A stretch of 64,000 bases of DNA. It comes from Rhynchopus sp. YZ270_cl-10. Its lineage: Eukaryota. Positions 43,402-55,072 of this stretch are shown here, one piece after another. Each line of letters starts with the position of its first letter. The stretch's first letter is position 1. The position numbers and the translations under genes were made by a program. The stretch is from contig OZ037846.1 of NCBI GenBank assembly GCA_964035575.1, forward strand, positions 62,001 to 126,000. Reading direction: 5' to 3'. The notes below the pieces were generated by a model. That model searched no databases and was not told the origin of the DNA. It saw only the letters and a program-made list of their open reading frames with translations.

Positions 43402-46206
43402 TCACTTAGCCCACTTCTTCCCATCAGTATTGCAGTGAGGAGAGATGACCTGTTCGGAAGCAGTGTCGTTATCCACGTCGCCATTGACAACATAAACGCC
43501 GTCCTTGCGCGGGAGTAGCATGTGCTCCAGGCTCGACGGCATGCCTGCGTCCGCTTCAGGCTCGTACAGACACACCTTCCCTTCACGCACAGCCTCCTCA
43601 CACAGCGTCCAGGAGCGGCGCACACCACACCCCATCACAGTCACGAAGCGCTGCTTCTTCGTCCCCACATTCCCGTGCTGCACAGGGCCGCTCACAAACC
43701 CAGCACCGCTGTGCAGTGCTGACAGCAGCAATCGCTGTGCAAAACGTATCGCACTCTCACTGTGCGCTGCCAACGAGCGTGTCAGGTTCCACCCCACACA
43801 CACAGAACTCCCGAGGAGTGAGACAAGCATCCCACGGCTCTGGTCCAAGGCCACAGTGAGGCTCGAGAGCCGCGCGCTCAGGTCAGCAAGGGCAGGCCTC
43901 TGCGCCTCTGTGTCTGCACCGTAGGATACCATGCCGAGTGTGGCACAGAACTGCTTTGAGGACGATGCCCCGCTATCCAATGAGGTGACCAACAACACTC
44001 GCGAATCTGATCTTGTGGACTGCCTGGAAAAGGCATTTGACCCTGATGACGCACGTGCCACAAGTGGGTTCGTCTCCCGTCCCGCAAGTGCAGTCGGCCA
44101 CACACAGCACACATCAGTCGTCCCACTCACACCCTTCAACTCCTGACGAAAGGAAGCGCCAATCACCACATCGCGTGCAACATACTCATCCTTGCACAGT
44201 GCAGAGCAGATCGCCACAGCACCAGGTTGGCAAGCGCTTTTAAGGCGTGACGCCACATTGACAGTGTGTCCGAAGTAGTCCATGCGTCCAGTGAGTGTGT
44301 TCAGCTCCACAGTGACAGGCCCTGTGTTGATCCCAATGCGGACAGTGAGGCCACACCACAGCAAGCCCTGCTCAGCGCAGATCGGTGCGTCCTCCATAAG
44401 AGACGGCGGCCACTCCGCCTCGCGCAGCCGTTCGTGCACCTTCAGCGCAAAGTCCATCCCGTCCTGTGTCGTCGCAAAGGCAATCATGAAGGCGTCGCCA
44501 ATCGTCTTCACCTCGTAGCCGCCGAAGGTGTGCATCACGTCCCGTATCACAGCGTTGTGGATGCGCAGCCCAGCACGCATCCCGTCAGGTGCAGCTTCCC
44601 AGATCGACGTTGACGCACGGATGTCTGTAAAGACAATCGTCACTGCGCCTTCGTCCAGTCCAGGTGCTGCTGACTTACGTCGTTCGTCAGGTGCTTCCTC
44701 AGCAAGCTCAAACAGCGCAGCAGGGAGGTAGGGACGGTACTCCTCCAGACGGCTGATGGACAGCAGCATCCCACCCATCAGGCTGTGCACCTCCTTCACA
44801 ACCACGTGTTTCCTGCCGTATCGTGAGATCGCACGCTGTGCCACGTCTGTTTCAAACTGGCCAATGGCTTTGATGGCAACAGACAGGTGCCGCATCGGTA
44901 GTGCAATGAACACAACCTCGAGTATCGAGATCATCAAGTCAAACACAAACACAAGCAACGTGAAGATCACAAGCACCACAAGCGCCTTCTGCACCTTTGC
45001 CTCCACAGACGACACAGGACGCAGCCATATCAGAAAGGCGTCTTGGTGCAGCTGCGCACCCTTGCGCACAAAGTGTTCCTCACCACCGAGCATCACCTTC
45101 ATAAACGTGTGGGACGGTTCCTCCAGCACCTCTTCGAACGCATCCTTCACTGCCTGCGACTGCATGTCCGACACTTTCATGGCACATGACAGCGGTGCAA
45201 CCGTGCTGAAGGAACGCACATCAGAGTTGCACAACCCCACCAGGTGTTCTCCTGTTGTCGACGCGTACACAATGGAGAGCTTTGCGTCCACAATCACCAC
45301 TGTTGTGTCTGGGTGCTGCTTCTTGTACTCTGTCATCGGTTTCTCCCACATCCCGTACTCAAAGTGCGCGGAGATGATGACTGCTCTGTACTTGCTCCAC
45401 GGGTGCGGTGCAGGTGGTGGCACGTGCACAGAATCATACCCTGTATATGCGTGCACAGTTCCATCCAGTGACGTCCACGGATGAGCTGGTCGCCACTTGT
45501 GTGCCACGGCAAGCCCATTCCCTGTGTCCCACTCCCCTGAAGGAGGCAGCCCGTTGCGTGGGTCGTAGTCAGGCCCAAGCAGGTCCACTAGATAGCTCAC
45601 GCCGTTCCACTTGTATACAAAATCTCGGACTTTGCCTGTGACGTTGTGCAAGTGGTGTGTTGAGATGAGCATCTCAGTGGGGTATGGCGGCTGTGCTGTG
45701 GTGTTGACTGTGAAGTAGTCTTCGTGTGGTGCAAGCTGGTTGTGGTGTTCTGCGTAGATGTAGTCACGTTTTTTGTCACGGAGAACGTCGGCCCAGACGG
45801 AGTTGTAAAAAGCAGTACCGTCTGTGATGTTGTGTGGCACGAGGCAGATTACAACTGAGTATAGACCCAAAGACTTCACAAGTGAGAAGAAGTACGGACG
45901 CATCTTTCCCTCCCAGCGCAAGGGGTCGTCTGTGGTGATCGTGTCCTCGTTGTAGGTGAAGTAGCGTGTGGCCTCAGTCGCTGTCGGTGGCCTTGTGATG
46001 ATGTTGTGCAGATGCTTCTCAAGGCTGGCAAGCTCACTCGAACTCGTCTCACGCACAGTGTCCTCCAGCGACTTGAGACTCTCGAAGTACATCACCAGAC
46101 CACCACCCATTGAAGCTGCTGTCGACACCAATGTCGCAAATGCAATGACAGCCAGCACAGGCGGCTTGCATTGCCGCGGTGCATCACACGTAGCTGTGTG
46201 CTGCAT
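43402..46206 (-). CDS. Receptor adenylyl cyclase AC5 (934 aa)
   Basis: Intact ORF with cyclase motifs (ASRLKS variant); the C-terminus and 3' flank are closest to AC3. Confidence 0.9.
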   Translation of the reverse strand: MQHTATCDAPRQCKPPVLAVIAFATLVSTAASMGGGLVMYFESLKSLEDTVRETSSSELASLEKHLHNIITRPPTATEATRYFTYNEDTITTDDPLRWEGKMRPYFFSLVKSLGLYSVVICLVPHNITDGTAFYNSVWADVLRDKKRDYIYAEHHNQLAPHEDYFTVNTTAQPPYPTEMLISTHHLHNVTGKVRDFVYKWNGVSYLVDLLGPDYDPRNGLPPSGEWDTGNGLAVAHKWRPAHPWTSLDGTVHAYTGYDSVHVPPPAPHPWSKYRAVIISAHFEYGMWEKPMTEYKKQHPDTTVVIVDAKLSIVYASTTGEHLVGLCNSDVRSFSTVAPLSCAMKVSDMQSQAVKDAFEEVLEEPSHTFMKVMLGGEEHFVRKGAQLHQDAFLIWLRPVSSVEAKVQKALVVLVIFTLLVFVFDLMISILEVVFIALPMRHLSVAIKAIGQFETDVAQRAISRYGRKHVVVKEVHSLMGGMLLSISRLEEYRPYLPAALFELAEEAPDERRKSAAPGLDEGAVTIVFTDIRASTSIWEAAPDGMRAGLRIHNAVIRDVMHTFGGYEVKTIGDAFMIAFATTQDGMDFALKVHERLREAEWPPSLMEDAPICAEQGLLWCGLTVRIGINTGPVTVELNTLTGRMDYFGHTVNVASRLKSACQPGAVAICSALCKDEYVARDVVIGASFRQELKGVSGTTDVCCVWPTALAGRETNPLVARASSGSNAFSRQSTRSDSRVLLVTSLDSGASSSKQFCATLGMVSYGADTEAQRPALADLSARLSSLTVALDQSRGMLVSLLGSSVCVGWNLTRSLAAHSESAIRFAQRLLLSALHSGAGFVSGPVQHGNVGTKKQRFVTVMGCGVRRSWTLCEEAVREGKVCLYEPEADAGMPSSLEHMLLPRKDGVYVVNGDVDNDTASEQVISPHCNTDGKKWAK

Positions 46207-46697
46207 CACCGCACAGGGTTTATGTCATGTGTACCGTACCACCTCATCCTGTTGGTGTGTGTTCTGCGAGGAGGCAAGAGCAGAACGTTCTACAAAAAAA
46301 ATACACTGGGGGGTAAAGGGTCAGGAGGTGTGACTCTTTTCATGTTTGCTTCTGTTTCTCTAAGGGTTTCATGGGTAAAGGGGACAACGAAGACATACTT
46401 GTGGGGACGGGGGAGGGGCTTTTTTCCGTTTTAGTTTCTTTGCCATTGTATCTACAAGCACTTTACTATAATGTGTCAAGATGCTGTACGCAATGGTTCA
46501 CCCGAAGGCTAGTATACTTACTGAAGTGTTCGTTTGGTTGTGTGGGGGTCATTATTGTGAAGCTGCGAACGGGGGGGAGGGGAAAAATGGTTTTGCTTTC
46601 TTTGCGTGTGTGCGACATCTTATAAGATACACTGCAAAAAAGAAAAAAGAAAAAATGCGGTTTGTTCGTCAACCAAACGGGAATGAGCTCAGAAATA

Positions 46698-46919
46698 CAT
46701 GGGTAGTATCTGGATCCAGTTCCAGGTGATTCCAGGTTTCTCAGATTTTTCGTGAAATTCCAGGTTTTTTCCAGGTGTTCCAGGTGATTCCATTTGTATG
46801 TAAAGCACTGTGTATCACTCACACACAGTCACCAACAGGTAAAAAAAGCAAAAAAAAAATCCAGATCTGGAATACCTGGAATTTTTCTGGAATTACCTGG
46901 AATCTAGATACTATCCATG
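46698..46919. mobile_element. 222-bp MITE, TIR CATGG(G/A)TAGTATCT(G/A)GAT, with internal TTCCAGG/CCTGGAA repeats
   Basis: 18-bp TIR with 2 mismatches; no clear TSD. Confidence 0.65.
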
Positions 46920-49167
46920 ATTTGAAATATAAAAAAAAGGGGAGGGTGGAAGTGAAGGCTGTGCGTACAGACCATATCGTGCTGTGGCTGACTGTATTCA
47001 GATTGTCAAAAAGAAAGGGGAAAAAATGAGCAATCTGGCAAGTCTGCCTGACATCCGGTCTTTTTATCAGCTTTCAATTGTAGGCAAATCTGATGCGCCC
47101 CACAAAAAATATTTTTGAATCGCAAAAAAAAACAAAAAAAAAACAGCAAAAAAAGATGACAAAAATAAAATCCATTAAAAATTGACAACGCTTATGTTAT
47201 GACCCCTCCCCAAAAGAGTTCTGCTGTACAACTCCAAAGGGGTATTGTACCAGACACCCCCAATGAAAGGATGCCCTGTACTTACATGGTGGTGAGGGAA
47301 AAGAAAAATGACTTGCCTTGTGTCGTCTTGTATGTGGCTTTTACCGTTGTAAGCCTTTGGACCGTCATGCGGTACTGTACTGTACCGCACGATCCCAAAA
47401 GGGTTGAAATGCTCCCCCCCTTTTTTTTTTTTCGTTCTTTCATAATCTGTTGCATTAATGTAGCTGCCACGCAAGCAGTGTGCACTGTGTTTTTCTTTTT
47501 TCTTTTTTTTCTTTTTTTTTGAAACCTTTTTCTACCCATATATTTTAGAGGAACGGTGACGAGAATCTCCAAGCAAAAATGGAGTCCGCGCCAAAGAGGA
47601 AGCTACCTTCCTGAAACGTACACACACACAACTGACAAAAAAAAGAGGGGAGGTGTCGTCACTTTTGTATCATCAGTGAAAAGAACGCCTTACCCAATGA
47701 TAATACTGCCCCCCTCCCGAACAGTCTTTTTTTAAAAATTGACAACAACCAAATTCACAAAACCCTTTACTTTACTAAAAGACTGTTCTCACCTAAGCCG
47801 AACATTTAAGTGTGGCGGGAAGCCTCCCCAATGGGAGAGAGAGAGAGAGAGGGCATGCTTTACACTATACGCAAAAAAAAAAAAAATACCGCGTGAATAA
47901 ATAAAAATGTGGACTACACAGTGCACTATCGTCGAATTAGCGTGATTTTGACAAAGTTGCGACACGGTGACCGCGACATGTTTTTGTCACCTCAAAGAGA
48001 TTCTCCTGTTAGTATGACACATTGTCGTTTTCGTTCTGTCATTGGTCATGTCAGGGGGTCTGTTGTTGAAAACTGTCCATCATTTTCCCGATAAGGGAAG
48101 TTGTAAGACGAATGCGCACTTCTCGTGCACACTCTTTTGCCACTATCGTTATCGAGCGCTTAGAACACATGGAGTTTGTAGATAGGCTCACAGAGAGAGA
48201 AGGTGAAAAGGTGCTGTGGTTTAATTAACCAGTTGGATTCCTCTTGTTCGTAACAGTTCCAAGTTGGTACTTCATTGTAGACGCGTCCAGGGCAGTGTTA
48301 GCCGATCAGAGGCCGCAGTTGCAATGCCTCACCGTACATCCGGCGGACGCATGGGGCACCGAAAGAACGTCTGTAAATCATTCGTAAACACAAATGCAAC
48401 TTACTCCGTAAAAGTGGTATGTAGTACATGGTGACCGTGTGACCCGAGTAACATGGCCGCCGTGTAATTGAGCGAAGAGGGGAGGGGAATCACAGTCACA
48501 CAGGGAAGAGAAGAGGAGCGAACGAGAGAGAGAGAGAGGGAGCACGAAATGAAGTAAGAATACAAAACGGAAAAAAAAATGAGGGGGGGAGAAAAAAAAA
48601 CTTGGTTGTATTAGTGATTAAACACCCGAGGATGGGATGTGCACTATACATTCTTTTACTGACCTCTGTTACGTTCTTTGCAGATAAAGAAGGAAAAAAA
48701 GGGAGAGAAAAAACTGTAAAATGAAAATGTGCAGTACACTGCCCCTTACCACGTTTTTTTTTTTGTTGTTCTGAGTAGGGGGGTAGATGAGGTTCCACAC
48801 CAGGCATTGTGGAGGATAGTTCCACCATATTCTTTGGTTCGAGGGGACTGCACAGACAGTTTTTTTTTTTTTTGTAAGATGAACCTAAGCGTCGCTGTGC
48901 TTAGTCACCAAGAGGATGAAAGCTTGATGGATGTGCCTCTCTTGTGCACATTTACACATAAGTCTGAAGAAAAGGTTTGTAAGATGAACCTAAGCCTCAC
49001 TGTTCTTTCAACTATAAAATAAAAAGTGAAGTTGACAGTGCACAACGCCTCTGGGACACACTGACGAGGGTTACCAATCCCCCGGGAGTATTGCACACAC
49101 TTGGGAGTGTGTTTGCTTACAGGGGAAACTGCAAGACAGACACACCACCATTCCCCCCCCCCCCCCC

Positions 49168-50357
49168 TAGGTGGGGGCAAAACCTTCAGGACGGGTGAGG
49201 CATTTTGACTTTTTTGGACTTCCGCGCAAAGTACCCACAAACCACCCCTCATACACCCCCAGAAATGGGTCAGAAACACCCTGTGACCCGAAAATCCATG
49301 ATAAGGGCACCTCAGAATATGAAAAAATGCAAAAAAATAGTGAAAAAGTGGCCTTTTGACGGTTTTGGCCATGTTGGGTAAAATGACCATTTTTGGACAA
49401 AAAAATCAAAAAAACAGCAAAATTTCGACATCATGACAGCTGCTTGGGCACAAAACTACCCCAGGGAGGTCCTGTGAGTCCATTCCGACCTGTTTTGGAC
49501 ACTTTAGGTACTTTTTTTGGCCGTTTTTTGGCGTTTTTAGGTGAAAAAAGATCCCCTGACTATCCCCTGGCAGCCCTGGGCCGCGACTTGCGCCCTGCTT
49601 TTGGACCCCCTCTGGGCCAAAAAATGGGTGAAAACCCCCGAAAAAGCACTCCGGGAACCCAGATAGTTCCAAATATCCACTAGAAACCCACCCAAACACC
49701 TCAAAAACATGCCAGAAAAACATTTTCAAAAACACACTTTTTCAAATAAGTCATTATGGAACCTGCCCAGATGAACTTTTTGAAAAAAGTGTGTTTTTGA
49801 AAATATTTTTCTGGCATGTTTTTGAGGTGTTTGGGTGGGTTTCTAGTGGATATTTGGAACTATCTGGGTTCCCGGAGTGCTTTTTCGGGGGTTTTCACCC
49901 ATTTTTTGGCCCAGAGGGGGTCCAAAAGCAGGGCGCAAGTCGCGGCCCAGGGCTGCCAGGGGATAGTCAGGGGATATTTTTTGACCTCAAAACACCAAAA
50001 AAAAACACCAAAAAGGGCGATAAATGTGTTCAAAACAGGTCGGAATGGACTCGCGGGACATTTTTGGGGCATATTTGTGCCCAGACAGGCCTAATGATGA
50101 CAAAATTTTGCTTTTTTTTTGAAATATTGGTCAAAAATGGCCATTTTGACCAATATGGCCCAAACGGCCAAAATGGTCTATTTTTGCTATTTTTTTCCAT
50201 TTTTTTGTATCTCTGGGGTGTCTCACCTATAGAACACCCCCAAACCACACCCCAAAACCATCTCTGACCCGAAATTTTCGGTGGTTTGCGGGTACTTTGC
50301 GCGTAAATCCAAAAAAATCGAAATGCCTCAAAAAAATAGGGGTTTTGCCCCCACCTA
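49168..50357. mobile_element. Foldback element FB-B copy 2 (opposite orientation), inside a C-run
   Basis: Same termini as 22821-23992, with the spacer reverse-complemented. C15 on the left, C18 on the right. Confidence 0.9.
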
Positions 50358-51639
50358 CCCCCCCCCCCCCCCCCCTACACAGTAATAATACAGATAGCGC
50401 ACGGCTTTTTTTGGGGCGGGGTGCAAAAATGAAGCAGGGGTACCTGATAGGGTTGAGACTACGGCAATGAGCTAGCTTCTGCAGTCCATCCGCAGTAAGA
50501 GGAGAAGGTTGCTGGTAGGTAGGGGGGGTGTTGTAGTCAAGACGACCCGTCAAGTCACACACTTTGCACAAACAGAATATTTTTGTTGGGGAAAACCCCT
50601 CAGTTGTACCCCGCCAGGTCAGAACAAAACAAAATCCTAGAAAAAATCCCTAAATTTGCAAAAAAAAATATGTGAAACTGATGTACCTCTACCTCCAAGG
50701 ATGAAATCACAAAAAAAATCAAAAGGAAATCCGCGAAAAAAATGGAATAGAAAAAGGGGACACAACAAAATAAAAAAACGCAAAAAAATGCCGAACAACT
50801 GTTCCAATTTGACAATAAATGGAGAAAAATACACAACAAAAAAAAAATTGACTAGAGTACCTTTGATACATGATGTTGGTGCACCGTGGGTGGACCCCCA
50901 ACCCTTGAAATAAAAAAATTCGGGCGAAATCGCTTTTGATACAAAAAACATGTCTTTAGTGACGAATAAATCCTAACGCACACTCTCTGTTGATTCTAAA
51001 ACGGGGTGGAACTCGCGAAAGGGGAGTGAGGGGGGGGAGGTTAGGATGGTAGTGGGCACAGTTACCACTCCATCCTCAACCTGTTCAGGGGAGTGGGAGA
51101 GAGGTTGCCTAGAACTAAGGGGGGGATTTTCCATTCAAATGGCGAGAGAGGGAGACAGGGGGTTACCCCGCAACAAAAAAAAAAGTTGACTTGAAATACA
51201 ACAGCCCGCACAGTGGTACCTTTGGTACACTGTCCGCGCTTGGGTACATGACCAAAAAACAAAACAAAACAAACACTCCATGATGGCTGAAGGGGGTGGA
51301 GGGGGGGGCTGATTCGCACTTCTTGCACACTTTTTTGCAAAGACTGCCACTCCATTTGATGTGTCCTCTCCCCCCTCCCCGATGTCGGGTAGGTTTTGGT
51401 AACTAAAGAGGAGATCGATAGGTGATTTGGGTGAGGACCTCTTTGGGGGTAAAGACGGCTGATGAAGCATACAACTGCAATGCATTGACGTGCACGCTCA
51501 TCACAATGAACACAGCACCACTGGTATGGCACCCAACAACCACACACTCCCACACACCCCCTTTGTGAGCCCTACTCTGCAAGAATTTCCCCTACTAGCT
51601 AACACCCCTCACCCCCCCCTTTTCCCCCACTTTTTACCC

Positions 51640-54600
51640 TCACACAGAACGCATCGAAAGGTCACCATGCCCTGGTGTCAGCAGAGGGTATGCTTGGGTC
51701 GGCGACACGGACCCACCATAGCCACTAAGGGAATAGGTCGAAGTATGTGTCGCTGATGGGTCCCATGCTGTAGGGGGCGACCCTGTTGTGGTGGTGTCCA
51801 GGGCGGTGTGTGGATGGATGCGGTGCAGGTGTCTGCGTCCAGGGCCCCCGACAGAGTCTTCGAAGGGATGGCTTTCATACGACCGTGGGGAGTAGATGGG
51901 TTCGTGCTCGTCCATGCCGTGCAGGCTGGTTGCACTGTAGGAGTTGGCCATAGCATTGCCCCCCTGCGGCCCGGTCTGCAGTGCCTCGCTCATATTGCTG
52001 ATGTGGTCGTGCAGCTTGTAGGAGAACATCTGCCGCTTCTCGCGAAGCTCGCTGCTGAGCTTCACCAACTCCTGCAACTCCTGCTGCGGCTGCGGCCCTG
52101 TCTGCGGAGTAACAGACCGTGTACCATGCCGTCTCCTCCCCCGTGGACTCACCGGTGTCCCAGAAGGACGCTGGCCACGGAAGGAATCGAAGGCTTCAAG
52201 GGCAGGAGGCGAGCGTCTGTCCTTCAAAGGGCGTCTACTCGGTGTAGGAATGGATTTGGCCTTCTTTTTGCGGGTTCGGGTAGCGGAGAGAGGGCTTTCG
52301 GGGACAGGGAACATCTGTGAGGGGAAGGAATGGAGATTGGAGAGAATAGCGTTAGGCATATATGGTAAGCGGAATCGTTGTACGAGACTAATTCGCTTTT
52401 TGTTATTCGCTTTATTCGTGAAAGAACAGCAAAAGAGATTGCTATGTAGGTGAGATCGATGTGAGGCAACCCACCCTTCACCCTTAGCCTTGAACACACG
52501 AAGCAATCATATTTTAATAATTTATAAAAGAAAACTCAAAATGAATATTGCACCCCGAACCCGGAAGAGGAGAGTATGATCCGGGTCTTCGAAGGAAGCG
52601 AATGACGTTGTCGGAGTGCACCGTGTGGCTGGCAATGGATACAAAATATGAGTTCAATTTCTTTGCAGAAGTCAGTGGCAAATGCAAAACCGAAGGCCGC
52701 AAAAAAGGCTGCTAAAAAAAACCCCTCCAAACCGCCAGGCAAGAAGACAGCAGCAAAGAAGGGACCGAAGCCTGCAAGGGAAGAAAGGGGAGCCCGTAGT
52801 GCGTCGAGGGGGACGGAAGGGGATCCGAAAGAGGAGGTACTTTTTCTGCAAGGATTGCCGGAACGTCGTTCGGCACTCCCAATAAATCTTTGGCAAGAGC
52901 CACTCCACAGCAGAAGGCCACATCGCATCCGTGAAGAAAAGGGAGTCGAAAGGCGAAGGGAAAGGGAGGGCCCTCTGTGACCCCCCCTCAACTTGCTTCC
53001 AGCCTCCCCCTGTCCATGCCTGCAACCGGGCATTTCGTGTGTCGCCCTCTAACCAGATTACCTTGGTATTTCCCCATCGAACCTCAGTGGTAATATCAAC
53101 AATGTCTCCTCTCCGACGGAGACATCCACCCGCATCCTGGACCCAAGAAAGCCTCCAAGCCATCAAGCAAGACCGGCACGCAGCCGTCAGTCGGGTCTAC
53201 TAGACCAAGCAAACATTGCTCTAAAGTATCAGGAACAGAAGAAAGAGGAGAGCAAGAAGTTTCTGGCACACGAGGAAAAAGTGGGGAGGCTACGGTTTTC
53301 CACCCGTAGCTTCTCGGAATTTGAGTTCGCCGCTATGTTGGAACAGTCAGGCATCAACTCTTAGGGGAGCCCAGTACATCTCATACTGGCGCTCCTATCT
53401 TCATTGTTGAAGGCTCGTCGGATATCGACCAGGAGGCAATGCAAAAGACGTCAATCAATAGCCCATAGGGGGTCACCTTGGTGCTGGGACCTTCGTTATA
53501 TATGGGTCCGTCCGGAAACCCCCCCGTTCAGATTCATCCTTTTGGGTTTTTTTTGGGTTTTTTTGATTATTTTCCCCACAAAAGTGCATCTAAGTGAAAT
53601 TCTGATATAAAAATAGGTTTGGGGGGGGGTCTGAGGCTATATTTTCACTTTTTTTCTTCAATTTTCTGTCTTTTATTGTTGTTTTTCTCGATTTCTTGTC
53701 TCTTTCTCTTAATCCTGTCATGCCTCCTTGACAAAGTTTCATTGGCCTCTGTCAAATCCACTGGGTCAATGGCAGGGACTTTTGGTTTGCGGGTCACCTA
53801 AACACACGCAAGAACTCCTTCGCAGCGCTCAAAATGGTGAGGCATGATCCAGAATTGGGCGCACGTTGATGAAACGCCTTCTGTGAGGCAAAGCGCTTCA
53901 GTTCATCATTGAGGTCCTTAACTGCTGCCATTGCCATGTTTATCCAAAAATACGTAAAAAATATGAGTAAAAAGGGGGGGAGGGGAAATAAGCAAAAATA
54001 AATACCCAAAATATGCCCTCTGGGGTGGTAGGTGTATGGTGGGTATCAAAAAATTGGGTTGTTTGGGTGTTTTGAGCCAAAAAACCTGAAAAAACCCCAA
54101 AAGGATGAATCTGAACGGGGGGGTTTCCGGACGGACCCATATAAGAAGCCGCAAAAGAGGGGGGGGATTGTAAGAAAAGTTTAAAAAAGGGGACAAAAGG
54201 TGAAAAAAGCTTCTGTTTTTGTACTTTGTTACTCTGCCGCAAAAGAGGGGTCGGGGGAGGAAAGGGGAATACCTCGACGTGCTGGTGGTGTGGGTGTGGG
54301 TGCGGCACGAAGGGGTGCGACACTGCGGAGGCATGCGAGACGTTGCTCTGCTGGCGTGTCATCTCGCGAGGCTCGATCTGCGCTGTCGGGAGGCTGCGGT
54401 TGTGTGAGGACTCCTCCTCCCATTCGTCCTCTGAGCTTACCATGTCGTGCATCATCTGTGAAAATGAAATAAAAAACTGCCCCCGTGTACCAACAGCCAT
54501 ACCCCCTCTATGCTGCGCGACTCAGCAGCAGCCTTGCGTGAGAACAACACCCATACTGCGATGCCTGCTATCAAACAGAGCTGTGTGAGTTGTGTGGTTT

Positions 54601-55072
54601 GAAAGCAAAATATTCATGTACACATTCTGTTAATTCTAAAAACGGGGTGGGGAAGATCGCGAATAGAAAAATGGGAGAGATATTGAAAAGTGGAACGCTT
54701 CCTCACCCAGATCACACACTTGTTGTGTGAGTTGTGTTGTTAAAGTGGGTAGCTCCTACAAGCGATTGTGTGTGTGGTGTTTTTTAAGAGCATTTCCAAT
54801 CTCCAACTAATTTACAATCAAAGAGAAAGCACAAAGGCCCCGTTCTCAAAGAAAATAAACTTATTTTTCTTCAAAAACTGCACACATAACAGCTTTTGGC
54901 TGGGAGACACACAAAGTGCCAGGTTCTATGATATGCACGGAAGCACTCTCCATATCATTTCCCATCCAATATATGAGGAAACATTTCACTCTCGAAAACT
55001 AGTTGTACAATATTATTGTAACAAAGAGCGATGCCCACATACCGCGCCAACGACAAATCCCACAGCCTCCAT
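51640..55072 (-). CDS. Uncharacterised N-terminally anchored protein, 321 aa; exons 55072-55043, 54580-54503, 54455-54273, 52314-51640
   Basis: Three phase-0 GTAT...CAG introns join MEAVGFVVGA / LCLIAGIAVWVLFSRK... into a continuous TM segment, followed by a disordered S/P/H-rich tail with a short coiled coil (966 nt in total). Confidence 0.7.
53504..54138 (-). mobile_element. Internally deleted DNA transposon, copy 2 (intronic)
   Basis: Near-perfect ~45-bp TIR GGGTCCGTCCGGAAACCCCCCCGTTCAGATTCATCCTTTTGGG with ATAT flanks. Confidence 0.85.
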
